Origin: an uncultured Chromatiales bacterium
GTDB taxonomy: Bacteria; Pseudomonadota; Gammaproteobacteria; Steroidobacterales; Woeseiaceae
Direction: 5' to 3'
Assembly (NCBI GenBank): GCA_963922335.1
Contig: CAWUIB010000002.1
Location: 303,198-335,197 of the forward strand
Length of the DNA stretch: 32,000 nucleotides
Part shown: positions 1 through 9,309 of the stretch, in pieces
How the letters are laid out: every line of letters begins with the position of its first letter
Numbering within the stretch: position 1 is the stretch's first letter
Notes under the pieces: generated by a model
Seen by the model: only the letters and a program-made list of their open reading frames with translations
The model's database searches: none
What the model was told of the DNA's origin: nothing
Position numbers and translations under genes: made by a program

Positions 1-76
1 GCCAGCTTTCCTGCTTCGACATTCCACCCATCCAGCGCTGCTGTCGCGGTAAGAATGTCCTGTTCGTCCATTGCGC

Positions 77-532
77 TCATGCCTCGGTCTCCTGTCGCCG
101 GCCCTGTGAAAAACCGAACGCCACATCGCCCGGCCCGTTGAGTGTAAGCCATTCCAATCGGTGCTGAGCCTCTGTGATTGTCGGACGGGTGTCCGGAGCC
201 ACCCACCAGAGCGCTTTGTTAGCGCCGGAACGGGGTAGGAACCAAGATGCCCTTTGGCGCAGGTACTCGCCGTGAGCCGAGCGATACACAAACGCTTCCA
301 AAGCCTGCACACTCTCCCAGACAGAAAGTGCGATCACCAAACCGGGTTCGCCGAATAACACTTCGGCTTTGGCCTCCTCATCGGCGTCGTCCAATCGCCA
401 CACAAATCCGGGTGACGCCTCAGCTAAAGCGTTGATGGCAGCAACTCCGTCGAAAAACGGCTGGATTCTCGCATCGCCCCGGGGAAACCTCGGCGTTGCG
501 ACATTCACGCGTGCAACGAATTTTTCGTTCAT
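77..532 (-). CDS. DUF3291 domain-containing protein
   Basis: 151-aa ORF. Pattern ...HGEYLRQRASWFLPRSGANKALWWVAPDTRPTITEAQHRLEWLTLNGPGDVAFGF resembles the DUF3291 family as I remember it. Confidence 0.75.
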   Translation of the reverse strand: MNEKFVARVNVATPRFPRGDARIQPFFDGVAAINALAEASPGFVWRLDDADEEAKAEVLFGEPGLVIALSVWESVQALEAFVYRSAHGEYLRQRASWFLPRSGANKALWWVAPDTRPTITEAQHRLEWLTLNGPGDVAFGFSQGRRQETEA

Positions 533-622
533 GGATTGCGGCCCGGTACGTTGACTTGGAAGGCCGAACTCGGCATGGTCGTAAGTGTGCGATTTTTACC
601 GTAGTAATGCGAGGAGTGTTTG

Positions 623-1141
623 GTGAAAAGAACGAAAATCATAAGCGGCGTAATTGCAGCAGCATCTATCATGTTCAGTGGCGCGGCTATCGCGCAAGAC
701 AAGGCGCCGGGATCGGGACCTAACCCCTACGTGGACTGTGGCATCGGTGCTGCGCTTTTTCCTAACACCCATTGGGCAGCGGTAACGTCAAACGTCATCT
801 GGGATATCGGTACAACAGCCGTGATCTCAGCGACGGCGAGCCCCGAGACCTGTCAGGGCAAGAGCGCTCAGGCTGCACAGTACATTCTTGATGTTTATGA
901 CCACGTGGTCGAAGACACCGCACGCGGAGAGGGCGAACACCTGACGGCGCTCCTGCAGATTTATGGGTGCGAAACTCAGTCCCACGAGGTGATCACCGAC
1001 GCGGTACGAGAGGGTTTCGCTCCAATGATTGCCGACGAGGAATACGACTCGCTGAGCCCGGTGCAAAAAGCTGAGCAGCTGTTCAAGATCGTCGACAGTG
1101 AAGTCTCCGTAGAGCAAGCGACTAGCTGCAACGCGGCCTGA
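623..1141 (+). CDS. DUF3015-like exported protein
   Basis: ORF with signal peptide (VKRTKIISGVIAAASIMFSGAAIAQ) followed by GPNPYVDCGIGAALFPNTHWAAVTSNVIWDIGTTAVISATASPETC, typical of DUF3015. GTG start at 623 has GAGGAG at 611-616. The track start at 620 (TTG) is probably too early. Confidence 0.75.
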   Translation: MKRTKIISGVIAAASIMFSGAAIAQDKAPGSGPNPYVDCGIGAALFPNTHWAAVTSNVIWDIGTTAVISATASPETCQGKSAQAAQYILDVYDHVVEDTARGEGEHLTALLQIYGCETQSHEVITDAVREGFAPMIADEEYDSLSPVQKAEQLFKIVDSEVSVEQATSCNAA

Positions 1142-1162
1142 TAAGCACTGTTACCAACCTAG

Positions 1163-1200
1163 AGGCGGTCGAGCACCTTCGGGAGCTCGGCCGCCTTTTT
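1163..1200 (+). terminator. Intrinsic terminator after the DUF3015-like gene
   Basis: 12-bp stem AGGCGGTCGAGC / GCTCGGCCGCCT (one G-T pair), 10-nt loop, then TTTTT, beginning 21 nt after the stop codon. Confidence 0.85.
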
Positions 1201-1216
1201 GGTCGAGGAATGCGCC

Positions 1217-3055
1217 TTGCGCAAGATTGTTCTGCTGCTGATCGCTATAGGCCTGTTTCAAGGCAGCGCGCGTGCACAATCGCCCACACTGGACGCTCTG
1301 GCCGCTAGCCCAAGCTGGCAGCGGCTGCTGCATGTTGAAGACGGCAAAAGCGCTATACATGCCGACACCTTTTTCCTGGCTGAGAATGGTCGCTATGACC
1401 CTCGAGCTGAGTTACGCGCGACCATCGATGCAATGCGTGCGGCATCAGAAGCGGGCGGCGATGATGACCCGCGTTGTCGTTTCCCAGCCAGGCACCTGTG
1501 GTTGGTCGGGCAAGGAGTATCGCTCCCGCCCCGACCGGCATGCCCCGCCTTCGATGACTGGGTCTATGGCGCTGAAACCGAATCCATCAGCATCGTCTTT
1601 GCGACAGGCTATCTCGGAAATCCGGCCTCTTTCTATGGCCACACACTCCTCAAATTCAATGCCGATGAGAACGTCAGCCGTTCCGACCTGCTGGACGTGA
1701 CCGTGAACTACGGTGCTGTGATTCCACCCGGCACCGGTCCTTTGGAGTACATCGTCAAAGGTGCGATTGGCGGGTTCGATGCCGGCTTCAGCCACATTCA
1801 GTATTACTACCATGAGCACGCCTACGGTGATCTGGAGCTGCGTGATCTTTGGGAATATGAACTCAATCTTGCGCCCGCTGAGGTGGAGTTCATTGTCGCT
1901 CACGCGTGGGAGGTGCTCGGCAAGGAGTACACCTATTATTTCTTCCGGCGCAACTGTGCCTTTCGCATGGCTGAGATATTGGAGTTATTGCCGGAGTTTT
2001 CGATAATTCCAGAACATCGGCCTTGGACCATTCCACAGGCGCTGGTGCTCAACGCAGCGGCATCGACGCGCAATGATCAACCATTGGTGCGCTCGGTCAC
2101 CTATCATCCATCGCGGCAATCAACGTTTAACGCCCGTTTTCGTGAATTAAGCACGCCGCAAAGACGCGCGCTTACGACCTTCATCAACTTGCGCGGCGAC
2201 CAAGGGATTGCCGCTATTTCGGCGCTACCTGTAGAAGACCAACATGCCGTACTGGACGCACTAATCGACTACCTGCAGTTCCGGCTTCCGGAAAACCCTC
2301 CCGTAGACGATCCGGATGCAGCGGCTTACCGCGCGGTGCTTGCGTATCGATTCACTCTGCCTCGCAGTGCAGAACGTTCACCACCAGCACCGGACAACGA
2401 TCCCTCGCAGGATCGAGACCCCGGTTACCTGTCCGCCGCCGCGACCTACCAATCGGACCTCGGTGCAGGGCTACAGCTGCGTTGGCGCGCAGCCTACTAC
2501 GACCCGTTGGACACAACACCCTCTCAGAACCCCAACTCAGAGTTGACCATGGGGGATGTAATCGTCGGTGTGAGCGACGGTGATATTGATCTTCAGCGTG
2601 CACAGCTGTTCCGTGTCGAGTCGGTGAACAGCGGTTTGTCCGGATTACCAGGCGACCGAGGCAAATCGTGGCGACTGGCACTCGGGCTGCAGCGTCAGGA
2701 CGTTGCCTGCACGCAATGCGCCGTCGCAAGATTCGAGGGGGACATCGGCGCTTCGCGCTGGCTGTCGGACACGTTTATTGCAGGCGTCTATGCAGGTGGC
2801 GCCATTCAGGACAACCAGAACCGGAATGGCAACGCATTCGTCAGGGCGCGCGTGTACGCCAACTGGCACGGTCCGAACGGCGTAAAATTGCGCGCAGTCT
2901 ACGAGCACCGACAGCATCTCGACGGTCGACTCGAGGGGCAGGACCTGTTCAGCGTAGAGGCACGAGCACCGCTTGGGCGCAATTTCGACTTTCGGCTTGG
3001 TGTCACCAAAAACGTCGAAACCGAAACGATGATCAGTTTTGGACGCTACTGGTAG
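1217..3055 (+). CDS. DUF4105 domain-containing (probable outer-membrane/periplasmic) protein
   Basis: Long ORF with signal peptide (RKIVLLLIAIGLFQGSARAQ) and DUF4105-like region (SIVFATGYLGNPASFYGHTLLKFN...DRLRDLWEYELN-like...YTYYFFRRNCAFRMAEILEL). TTG at 1217 preceded by GAGGAA at 1205-1210 is the likely start; the track gives 1199. Confidence 0.75.
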   Translation: MRKIVLLLIAIGLFQGSARAQSPTLDALAASPSWQRLLHVEDGKSAIHADTFFLAENGRYDPRAELRATIDAMRAASEAGGDDDPRCRFPARHLWLVGQGVSLPPRPACPAFDDWVYGAETESISIVFATGYLGNPASFYGHTLLKFNADENVSRSDLLDVTVNYGAVIPPGTGPLEYIVKGAIGGFDAGFSHIQYYYHEHAYGDLELRDLWEYELNLAPAEVEFIVAHAWEVLGKEYTYYFFRRNCAFRMAEILELLPEFSIIPEHRPWTIPQALVLNAAASTRNDQPLVRSVTYHPSRQSTFNARFRELSTPQRRALTTFINLRGDQGIAAISALPVEDQHAVLDALIDYLQFRLPENPPVDDPDAAAYRAVLAYRFTLPRSAERSPPAPDNDPSQDRDPGYLSAAATYQSDLGAGLQLRWRAAYYDPLDTTPSQNPNSELTMGDVIVGVSDGDIDLQRAQLFRVESVNSGLSGLPGDRGKSWRLALGLQRQDVACTQCAVARFEGDIGASRWLSDTFIAGVYAGGAIQDNQNRNGNAFVRARVYANWHGPNGVKLRAVYEHRQHLDGRLEGQDLFSVEARAPLGRNFDFRLGVTKNVETETMISFGRYW

Positions 3056-3065
3056 CGGGATTCAA

Positions 3066-3914
3066 TCACGACTCGCTGTGTTTTTGCGTTGCCGCCCGCG
3101 CTTTGTAGAACGCCTTTGCTTTCCTGCCTTTGCGCTCCAGCAACGGACGCAGCGCTCTCTTCACCCAAGGGAACTGATACCCTACGTCTCCCAACAGACC
3201 GCTGATCCAGGGCATCTTGACTTCGACTTTCTCTCCAGACGCGACGGTCAACACCGCGTCTGCGACCTCTTGTGAAGTGCTCATGGGTTGCGAGAACGTC
3301 AGGTCCGTCACACCATCGATATCCGTCATGATGAAGCCCGTATCAATTGGACCAGGCGATACCGCACCGATATGAACATTGGTGCCTCGTAACTCCTCTG
3401 CCAATGCCAGCGTGAAGGCACGCAAGCCGAACTTCGTAGCGCTATAGGTCGCTGAACCAGGCACCGGAGTGACACCGGCGATTGAGGCCACATTCACCAC
3501 AGCACCACCGCCACACTCGGCAATTACGTCTAGCACCATGCGCGTCAGCACGAGAGGTGCTCGCAAGTTAACGTCCACCATTTGCGCAATTTGCTCGGCA
3601 TCGACTGTTTCAAAGTTACCGCGGTGATGCGCGCCGGCATTGTTAATCAAGTAATGCACGCTCCCAAATTCCTGTTGGGTTCGCTTGATCAAATCGCGAC
3701 AAGCCGCTGCGTCCGAGACATCCATCGCACAGGTCGCCACCTTGGTAATCGGCTCAAGCGTCGCGGCAAAGGCCTGCAGAGCTTCCTTACCGCGAGCCAC
3801 CAACATCAAGCGAGCACCTGACGCTGCAAATGCTCTTGCGACATCAGCACCGACACCTGCTGAAGCGCCGGTGACGATCACTGTTTTGCCATCAAATCTA
3901 CGACCCAAAGTCAT
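3066..3914 (-). CDS. SDR family NAD(P)-dependent oxidoreductase
   Basis: Starts MTLGRRFDGKTVIVTGASAGVGADVARAF (TGxxxGxG nucleotide-binding motif), with NNAG and YSATKFGLRAFT catalytic motif. Track ORF extends to 4148 but homology begins at the ATG whose codon ends at 3914. Confidence 0.93.
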   Translation of the reverse strand: MTLGRRFDGKTVIVTGASAGVGADVARAFAASGARLMLVARGKEALQAFAATLEPITKVATCAMDVSDAAACRDLIKRTQQEFGSVHYLINNAGAHHRGNFETVDAEQIAQMVDVNLRAPLVLTRMVLDVIAECGGGAVVNVASIAGVTPVPGSATYSATKFGLRAFTLALAEELRGTNVHIGAVSPGPIDTGFIMTDIDGVTDLTFSQPMSTSQEVADAVLTVASGEKVEVKMPWISGLLGDVGYQFPWVKRALRPLLERKGRKAKAFYKARAATQKHSES

Positions 3915-4035
3915 GGACTGCCCTCCCCCAATCTTGGTGCGCAACAGTATAGCGAGACCGAGACCTGCGCAGTCAGCACAATTCGATGTATAGTTGCATG
4001 AGTTATGTAAGGGGGTATGCCCGGGGAGTCCACGA

Positions 4036-4554
4036 ATGACCAAAGCGTTAGACGCACAACACAGCACCTTCGAGAAAGCCAAGAAGGAACTGATCACCGC
4101 GGCGACGCGGGCCACTAAAGCTCTGGACAGGGAGCGCGCGAAGCTCACTCGTCAGATCAAATCGTCGAGCAATCGTGCGAAGAAAGCTGGCGAACAGATC
4201 GCCAAGAAGACCGAGCGGTTAGGTAAAGCGACGTCTGCGAAAGTGAAGCGCGAGCTGCGCGCGCAGATCCGCAAGCTCGAGAAACTCAAGGATACAGCTG
4301 CTGATGAGGCTAAAGAATCGCGCGCTCAGCTCAAGCTGGTTCGGGAAGACCTCGCCAGTGCTCGCGTTCACTTCAGACGTGCAACGAAGATCGACAAAGC
4401 GATGAGTGCGGTCGATCGGGAAATCAACAAGCTACTCGGCAAGAAGACCAAGAAGAAAGCGACGAAAAAGAAGGCCACCAAGAAAGTCGCCAAGAAAAAA
4501 GTAGCTAAGAAAAGGACGACAACCCGCAAGAAGCGCGTCACCAAGAAAAAGTGA
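4036..4554 (+). CDS. Lysine-rich histone H1-like / AlgP-like protein
   Basis: ATG at 4036 gives MTKALDAQHSTFEKAKKEL...; charged coiled-coil-like body and C-terminal tail KKTKKKATKKKATKKVAKKKVAKKRTTTRKKRVTKKK. Followed by a terminator. Confidence 0.7.
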   Translation: MTKALDAQHSTFEKAKKELITAATRATKALDRERAKLTRQIKSSSNRAKKAGEQIAKKTERLGKATSAKVKRELRAQIRKLEKLKDTAADEAKESRAQLKLVREDLASARVHFRRATKIDKAMSAVDREINKLLGKKTKKKATKKKATKKVAKKKVAKKRTTTRKKRVTKKK

Positions 4555-4576
4555 GCGCATCGAAGGTGTGAACGCA

Positions 4577-4606
4577 GAAAACCGGGCTTCAGGCCCGGTT
4601 TTTTTT
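4577..4606 (+). terminator. Intrinsic terminator downstream of the lysine-rich protein gene
   Basis: AAAACCGGGC-ttcag-GCCCGGTTTT followed by a T run (AAAACCGGGCTTCAGGCCCGGTTTTTTTT). Confidence 0.92.
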
Positions 4607-4668
4607 GCTCAAGTGCTGTAGTCAACGGTCGCTAACTTAACAAAGTAGTAAACCGTCGCGGAGCCTAC

Positions 4669-6171
4669 ATGTCGACCAAGGCCACAGCACTGCCTTCCAT
4701 GGAACATCAGCAAGCACTTGCTCTGGACTTGTTTCAGGACGCAGGGTTCGCTCAACTTGTCCTTAGGAGTATTCCGGACGTTTTTTTCGTCAAGGACGCC
4801 CAATACCGTCTGATTCTCGGCAATCCTGCACTGTTCTCGCTGTATCCGGATTCCATGCACGATCGGATTATCGGCTACACCACCGCAGAGGAGTACGACG
4901 AGGAACAAGCTGCCGCCTTTCTCGAAAACGACCGGATTGCGTTCGAAAAAGGTGAATCGGAAGTCTTCGAAACCCTCGATTTCCCCAATGGTAGGCGGGG
5001 CACCCTCTACACCCGGAAGATTCGATTTCACGACGCCGAGGGCAGACCTTACCTACTCGGCATCGCGCGTGAGGTTACGGATATTATTGAAAAACAAAAA
5101 GCACTCGAGGAGAGCGACGAGCGATACGAGCTCGCAGTACGAGGCCTGACCGTTGGCGTATGGGATTGGGATATCCCGAATGACACCATTTTGTGGTCTG
5201 CGCGCGCTCTGGAAGTCATCGGATTCTCGCCAAGCGGCGATGGTCCAACCTACGATCAGTTCTTCGAACTGGTGCACCCGGAAGATGTCACGACCGTCGT
5301 AGACGGGATCGAAAAACATCTTCAAGATCGAATCCCTTACGACGTCGAATACCGTATTCGTCGCCCAGATGGTGCTGTGCGATGGATTCGAGCGCGAGCG
5401 CAAGCGATTTGGAGTGAGAACAACGATCCGATTCGCATGACAGGATCATTAGAGGACGTCACCACTCGAAAGCGATCTGAGCTATTGCTGATCCAACAGA
5501 ACGAGCAGCTGAATGAGTTTGCGCATATTGCCTCCCATGACCTGAAGGCTCCTTTGCGAGGAATTAGTGCACATGTCGAAATGCTGCGAGAAGATCACGG
5601 AGCAGACCTCCCGGCCGAAGTGAACGTCCGTCTTGACCAGATGCAGAATCTTACACTGCGAATGGAGAGTCTGATTGTCGACTTACTGAAGCTCGCGAAA
5701 GTGGACCAGGGCGAGCGCTATGAAGTCGAGATTGATCTGAACAGCCTCGTCAGCAGCGCTGTAGAACTTATTCCTGAAGCAGAAACTGCTGATATCCAGA
5801 TCCAGGCGCTGCCGCACCTCGCGTGTGAACCTGTAGCGGTACGTGAGCTATTCAAGAACCTCATTCAAAACGCACTGAAGTACAACCATTCGAAGCAAAA
5901 ACGGATTGAAGTCTTCTGCACCAATCCGACCGCAGACACATCGATCGCCCGGATCATTGCCGTGCGCGACAACGGAATCGGCATTCCCAAGACCTACCAC
6001 GATACGGTGTTCAAAATCTTCAGGCGGCTGCACGCCAAAGAGGAATTTGGCGGTGGCACCGGAGCGGGCCTGACCTTCGTCAAACGCATCGTCGAGCGGC
6101 ATGGTGGGAAGATATGGATGGAGTCGGAGCCTGAGAAAGGCACAACCTTTTTCTTCACACTTTCGGTCTGA
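4669..6171 (+). CDS. PAS domain sensor histidine kinase
   Basis: Two PAS regions (RSIPDVFFVKDAQYRLILGN; VWDWDIPNDTILWS...EYRIRRPDGAVRWIRARAQ), HisKA box FAHIASHDLKAPLRGI, and HATPase motifs (NLIQNALKYN, VRDNGIGI, GTGAGLTFVKRIVERHGG). Confidence 0.95.
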   Translation: MSTKATALPSMEHQQALALDLFQDAGFAQLVLRSIPDVFFVKDAQYRLILGNPALFSLYPDSMHDRIIGYTTAEEYDEEQAAAFLENDRIAFEKGESEVFETLDFPNGRRGTLYTRKIRFHDAEGRPYLLGIAREVTDIIEKQKALEESDERYELAVRGLTVGVWDWDIPNDTILWSARALEVIGFSPSGDGPTYDQFFELVHPEDVTTVVDGIEKHLQDRIPYDVEYRIRRPDGAVRWIRARAQAIWSENNDPIRMTGSLEDVTTRKRSELLLIQQNEQLNEFAHIASHDLKAPLRGISAHVEMLREDHGADLPAEVNVRLDQMQNLTLRMESLIVDLLKLAKVDQGERYEVEIDLNSLVSSAVELIPEAETADIQIQALPHLACEPVAVRELFKNLIQNALKYNHSKQKRIEVFCTNPTADTSIARIIAVRDNGIGIPKTYHDTVFKIFRRLHAKEEFGGGTGAGLTFVKRIVERHGGKIWMESEPEKGTTFFFTLSV

Positions 6172-6180
6172 CCAAAGAAA

Positions 6181-6205
6181 AAGGCCGGGCAAAGCCCGGC
6201 CTTTC
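6181..6205 (-). terminator. Intrinsic terminator ending the ribosomal superoperon
   Basis: 10-bp perfect stem AAAGGCCGGG / CCCGGCCTTT with 5-nt loop; on the minus strand it is followed by TTTTCTTT. Lies between the convergent stops of the kinase (6171) and rplQ (6231), so it may act in both directions. Confidence 0.9.
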
Positions 6206-6230
6206 AACTCGTACAGCCCCAAGCCTTGCG

Positions 6231-6617
6231 CTAGGCGTCCGCTGACTCCTGAGTCGGCTCAGGTTGATCCAGCAACTGCACCATGGCCATCGGCGCAGCG
6301 TCTCCCGGACGGAAGCCCATTTTGAGGATGCGCAGGTAGCCTCCCGGACGCTCCTTGAAGCGCGGGCCAAGTTCAACGAAGAGCTTGCCTACCGCATCTT
6401 TGTCGCGCAGACGGTCAAAGGCCAAACGACGATGCGCTACGCTGTCTTCCTTGGCGGTCGTAATCAGTGGCTCGATGACACGACGCAGTTCCTTAGCCTT
6501 CGGCAAGGTCGTCTTGATGGTCTCGTGCTTGATCAATGATGCCGCCATGTTGCGGTACATCGCCTTGCGGTGCGAGCTGTTGCGATTGAGCTTACGCCCT
6601 GATTTCTTGTGTCGCAT
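6231..6617 (-). CDS. rplQ: 50S ribosomal protein L17
   Basis: 128 aa, [53 protein letters not shown]. Confidence 0.98.
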   Translation of the reverse strand: MRHKKSGRKLNRNSSHRKAMYRNMAASLIKHETIKTTLPKAKELRRVIEPLITTAKEDSVAHRRLAFDRLRDKDAVGKLFVELGPRFKERPGGYLRILKMGFRPGDAAPMAMVQLLDQPEPTQESADA

Positions 6618-6662
6618 GACGCTTAATCCTGCTGATACTGTTTAAGGCTGTTGCCTCGAAGA

Positions 6663-7664
6663 TTAGGAACCGAGCAGCGTGCGATCGCTGCGCAGGCTTG
6701 CCGGCGGCCAGTTATCGACCTGCAGTCCAAGACCCAGCCCGTGGCTTTCCAGAACTTCTTTGATTTCCGTAAGTGATTTCTTGCCGAGGTTTGGCGTGCG
6801 GAGCAGCTCTACCTCTGTGCGTTGCACGAGATCACCAATGTAGTTGATGCTTTCCGCTTTCAAGCAGTTAGCCGAACGCACGGTCAACTCTAGTTCGTCC
6901 ACCGGACGCAAAAGAATCGGATCGACCTGCGCTTCCGCAGAAGCAGCCGTGTTGTCTTCCTGACCCTGCAGGTCAACAAACACACTGAGCTGATCTTTAA
7001 GAATGCTGCCCGCTCGGCGAATCGCTTCTTCAGGATCGATCGTCCCGTTCGTCTCGATATCGATGAGCAATTTATCGAGGTCAGTGCGCTGCTCTACACG
7101 CGCCGCGTCGACGCTGTAGGTCACCCGTCGAATTGGGCTAAAAGAGGCGTCCAACTGCAAACGACCGATTGGGCCTGTTTGCTCCTCAAACGTCGCTCGC
7201 TTGGCCGCTGGACGATACCCACGACCGCGTTCAACACGAAGCATCATTCGCAGTTCGCCATCTTTGGTCAAAGTGGCAATGACGTGATCCGGATTGGCGA
7301 CTTCAACGTCATGGTCGGTCTGGATATCACCAGCAGTGACGGGTCCCGGACCTTGTTTGACGATAGTGAGCTCAGCACTCTCACGACCGTGCATGGTCAG
7401 AGCAACCTGTTTCAGGTTCAGGAGGATGTCGACAACATCTTCCTGCACGCCTTCGACGCTGGTGTACTCATGCAGTACGCCTTCGATTTCCGCTTCGACG
7501 ATCGCCGCACCCGGCATCGAGGAAAGCAAAATTCGGCGCAGTGCATTACCCAGCGTGTGGCCGAAACCGCGCTCAAACGGCTCAATCGTCACACGCGCTT
7601 GCGTGTCATCGATCGGCGTTACTTTTACAACGCGTGGCTTCAGAAATTCATTGGTAGATTCCAT
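6663..7664 (-). CDS. rpoA: DNA-directed RNA polymerase alpha subunit
   Basis: 333 aa, [20 protein letters not shown] and C-terminal [29 protein letters not shown]. Confidence 0.99.
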   Translation of the reverse strand: MESTNEFLKPRVVKVTPIDDTQARVTIEPFERGFGHTLGNALRRILLSSMPGAAIVEAEIEGVLHEYTSVEGVQEDVVDILLNLKQVALTMHGRESAELTIVKQGPGPVTAGDIQTDHDVEVANPDHVIATLTKDGELRMMLRVERGRGYRPAAKRATFEEQTGPIGRLQLDASFSPIRRVTYSVDAARVEQRTDLDKLLIDIETNGTIDPEEAIRRAGSILKDQLSVFVDLQGQEDNTAASAEAQVDPILLRPVDELELTVRSANCLKAESINYIGDLVQRTEVELLRTPNLGKKSLTEIKEVLESHGLGLGLQVDNWPPASLRSDRTLLGS

Positions 7665-7720
7665 CAGAACCTTTACCTCTCTGTCTCGTAACTGTGATGT
7701 GGCCTGCTGCGAAGTCTCTA

Positions 7721-8341
7721 TTACTTCGAGTACAGCTCCACCACGAGGTTTTCGTTGATGTCGGGGAGGATATCTTCACGCTCTGGCAGAGCCTTCAGCG
7801 TGCCGACCATCTTGTCCGCGTCGACTTCAACCCACTCCGGGAACCCGATTTGACCGGCGATTTCCAGAGATGATTTGATCCGCAGCTGCTTCTTCGCTTT
7901 CTCGCGAACAGACACAACGTCACCACCATCAACCTGGTAGGACGGGATGTTCACGATGCTGCCGTTAACCTCGATGCCCTTGTGGCTCACGAGCTGACGT
8001 GCTTCTGCGCGCGTGGAGGCGAAGCCCATTCGGTACACCGTGTTATCAAGGCGTCCTTCGAGCAACTGCAACAGGTTCTCACCGGTTGAGCCTTTCCGTT
8101 GTGCCGCCTTCTTGTAGTAATTACGGAACTGGCGCTCCAGTACGCCGTACATACGACGCAATTTCTGCTTCTCACGCAGCTGCAGGCCGTAGTCGGAGAT
8201 ACGCGGGCGTCGAGCCGGCGCACCACCGGGAGGTACTTCCAGTTTGCACTTAGACTCCAGCGGGCGAACACCACTCTTCAAGAAGAGATCAGTGCCCTCG
8301 CGACGGGAGAGCTTGCACTTGGGTCCAATATATCTTGCCAT
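7721..8341 (-). CDS. rpsD: 30S ribosomal protein S4
   Basis: 206 aa, [23 protein letters not shown] and S4 RNA-binding domain [27 protein letters not shown]. Confidence 0.99.
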   Translation of the reverse strand: MARYIGPKCKLSRREGTDLFLKSGVRPLESKCKLEVPPGGAPARRPRISDYGLQLREKQKLRRMYGVLERQFRNYYKKAAQRKGSTGENLLQLLEGRLDNTVYRMGFASTRAEARQLVSHKGIEVNGSIVNIPSYQVDGGDVVSVREKAKKQLRIKSSLEIAGQIGFPEWVEVDADKMVGTLKALPEREDILPDINENLVVELYSK

Positions 8342-8365
8342 CTTTCGTTCCTGTCCCTGTTCTCG

Positions 8366-8752
8366 CTAGACGCGGCGCCGCTTCGGCGGCCGGCAGCCGT
8401 TGTGCGGGATCGGTGTGACGTCGTTGATGTGTTGAATCTTGTAGCCGCAGCCGTTCAACGCGCGAACCGCAGACTCACGTCCCGGGCCCGGGCCCCAAAC
8501 GCGAACGTCAAGGTTCTTAAGCCCATATTCCTGTGCTGCACGTCCTGCCTTGTCAGCAGCGACCTGCGCTGCGAACGGCGTTGACTTACGCGAGCCGCGG
8601 AACCCACAGCCACCGGCGGTTGCCCACGACAAAGCATTGCCCTGGCGATCGGTGATCGTGATGATCGTATTGTTGAACGAGGCGTGGATGTGCGCGATGC
8701 CATCCTGAACCTGGCGTTTGATCTTCTTGCGAGAAGGTTTTGATTGAGCCAT
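8366..8752 (-). CDS. rpsK: 30S ribosomal protein S11
   Basis: 128 aa, [44 protein letters not shown]. Confidence 0.99.
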   Translation of the reverse strand: MAQSKPSRKKIKRQVQDGIAHIHASFNNTIITITDRQGNALSWATAGGCGFRGSRKSTPFAAQVAADKAGRAAQEYGLKNLDVRVWGPGPGRESAVRALNGCGYKIQHINDVTPIPHNGCRPPKRRRV

Positions 8753-8767
8753 TTGTTTCGTTCCTGA

Positions 8768-9124
8768 TTATCGACGTACCGGACGACGCGGTCCCTTGCG
8801 GGTGCGTGCGTTGGTGCGAGTCCGTTGGCCACGCAGTGGCAATCCACGACGGTGACGAATACCGCGGTAGCAGCCGAGGTCCATCAAACGCTTGATGTTC
8901 ATCGACGTCTCACGGCGCAGATCGCCCTCCACGGTAAACTTTGCAACTTCGTCGCGAAGTTTCGCTACTTCCGGCTCTGCCAAGTCTTTTACCGCTACGT
9001 GCTCGGCAACGTTCGCCGCCTCGCAAATCTGCTTTGCGCGCGTCGGTCCGATGCCGTAAATGCTGGTCAGCGCGATTACCACGTGCTTATTGACCGGGAT
9101 GTTTATGCCTGCAATACGGGCCAC
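8768..9124 (-). CDS. rpsM: 30S ribosomal protein S13
   Basis: 118 aa, [26 protein letters not shown]...[22 protein letters not shown]. Start codon is GTG. Confidence 0.99.
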   Translation of the reverse strand: MARIAGINIPVNKHVVIALTSIYGIGPTRAKQICEAANVAEHVAVKDLAEPEVAKLRDEVAKFTVEGDLRRETSMNIKRLMDLGCYRGIRHRRGLPLRGQRTRTNARTRKGPRRPVRR

Positions 9125-9157
9125 AGTATCTTCCTCTTAGTCGCGAGTGCTGTCAGG

Positions 9158-9271
9158 TTAGCCCTGACGCTGCTTATGGCGAGCGTCGGTACAAATCACT
9201 CGCAAAACACCGTTTCTGCGAATCACCTTGCAGTTGCGGCAAATTTTCTTAACCGATGCTCTAACTTTCAT
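9158..9271 (-). CDS. rpmJ: 50S ribosomal protein L36
   Basis: 37 aa [37 protein letters not shown], nested in the longer 9158..9496 track ORF; zinc-binding C-X2-C-X12-C-X4-H pattern retained. Confidence 0.98.
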   Translation of the reverse strand: MKVRASVKKICRNCKVIRRNGVLRVICTDARHKQRQG

Positions 9272-9309
9272 TTCCTGCTCCACAGCGCTCAACGCGAGCG
9301 CATGCCGCC

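Noticed and set aside
4368-4625. Minus-strand ORF with runs of FFVATFL
   Set aside because: It is the reverse-strand reading of the lysine-rich tail of the H1-like gene, which explains the hydrophobic phenylalanine-rich repeat.
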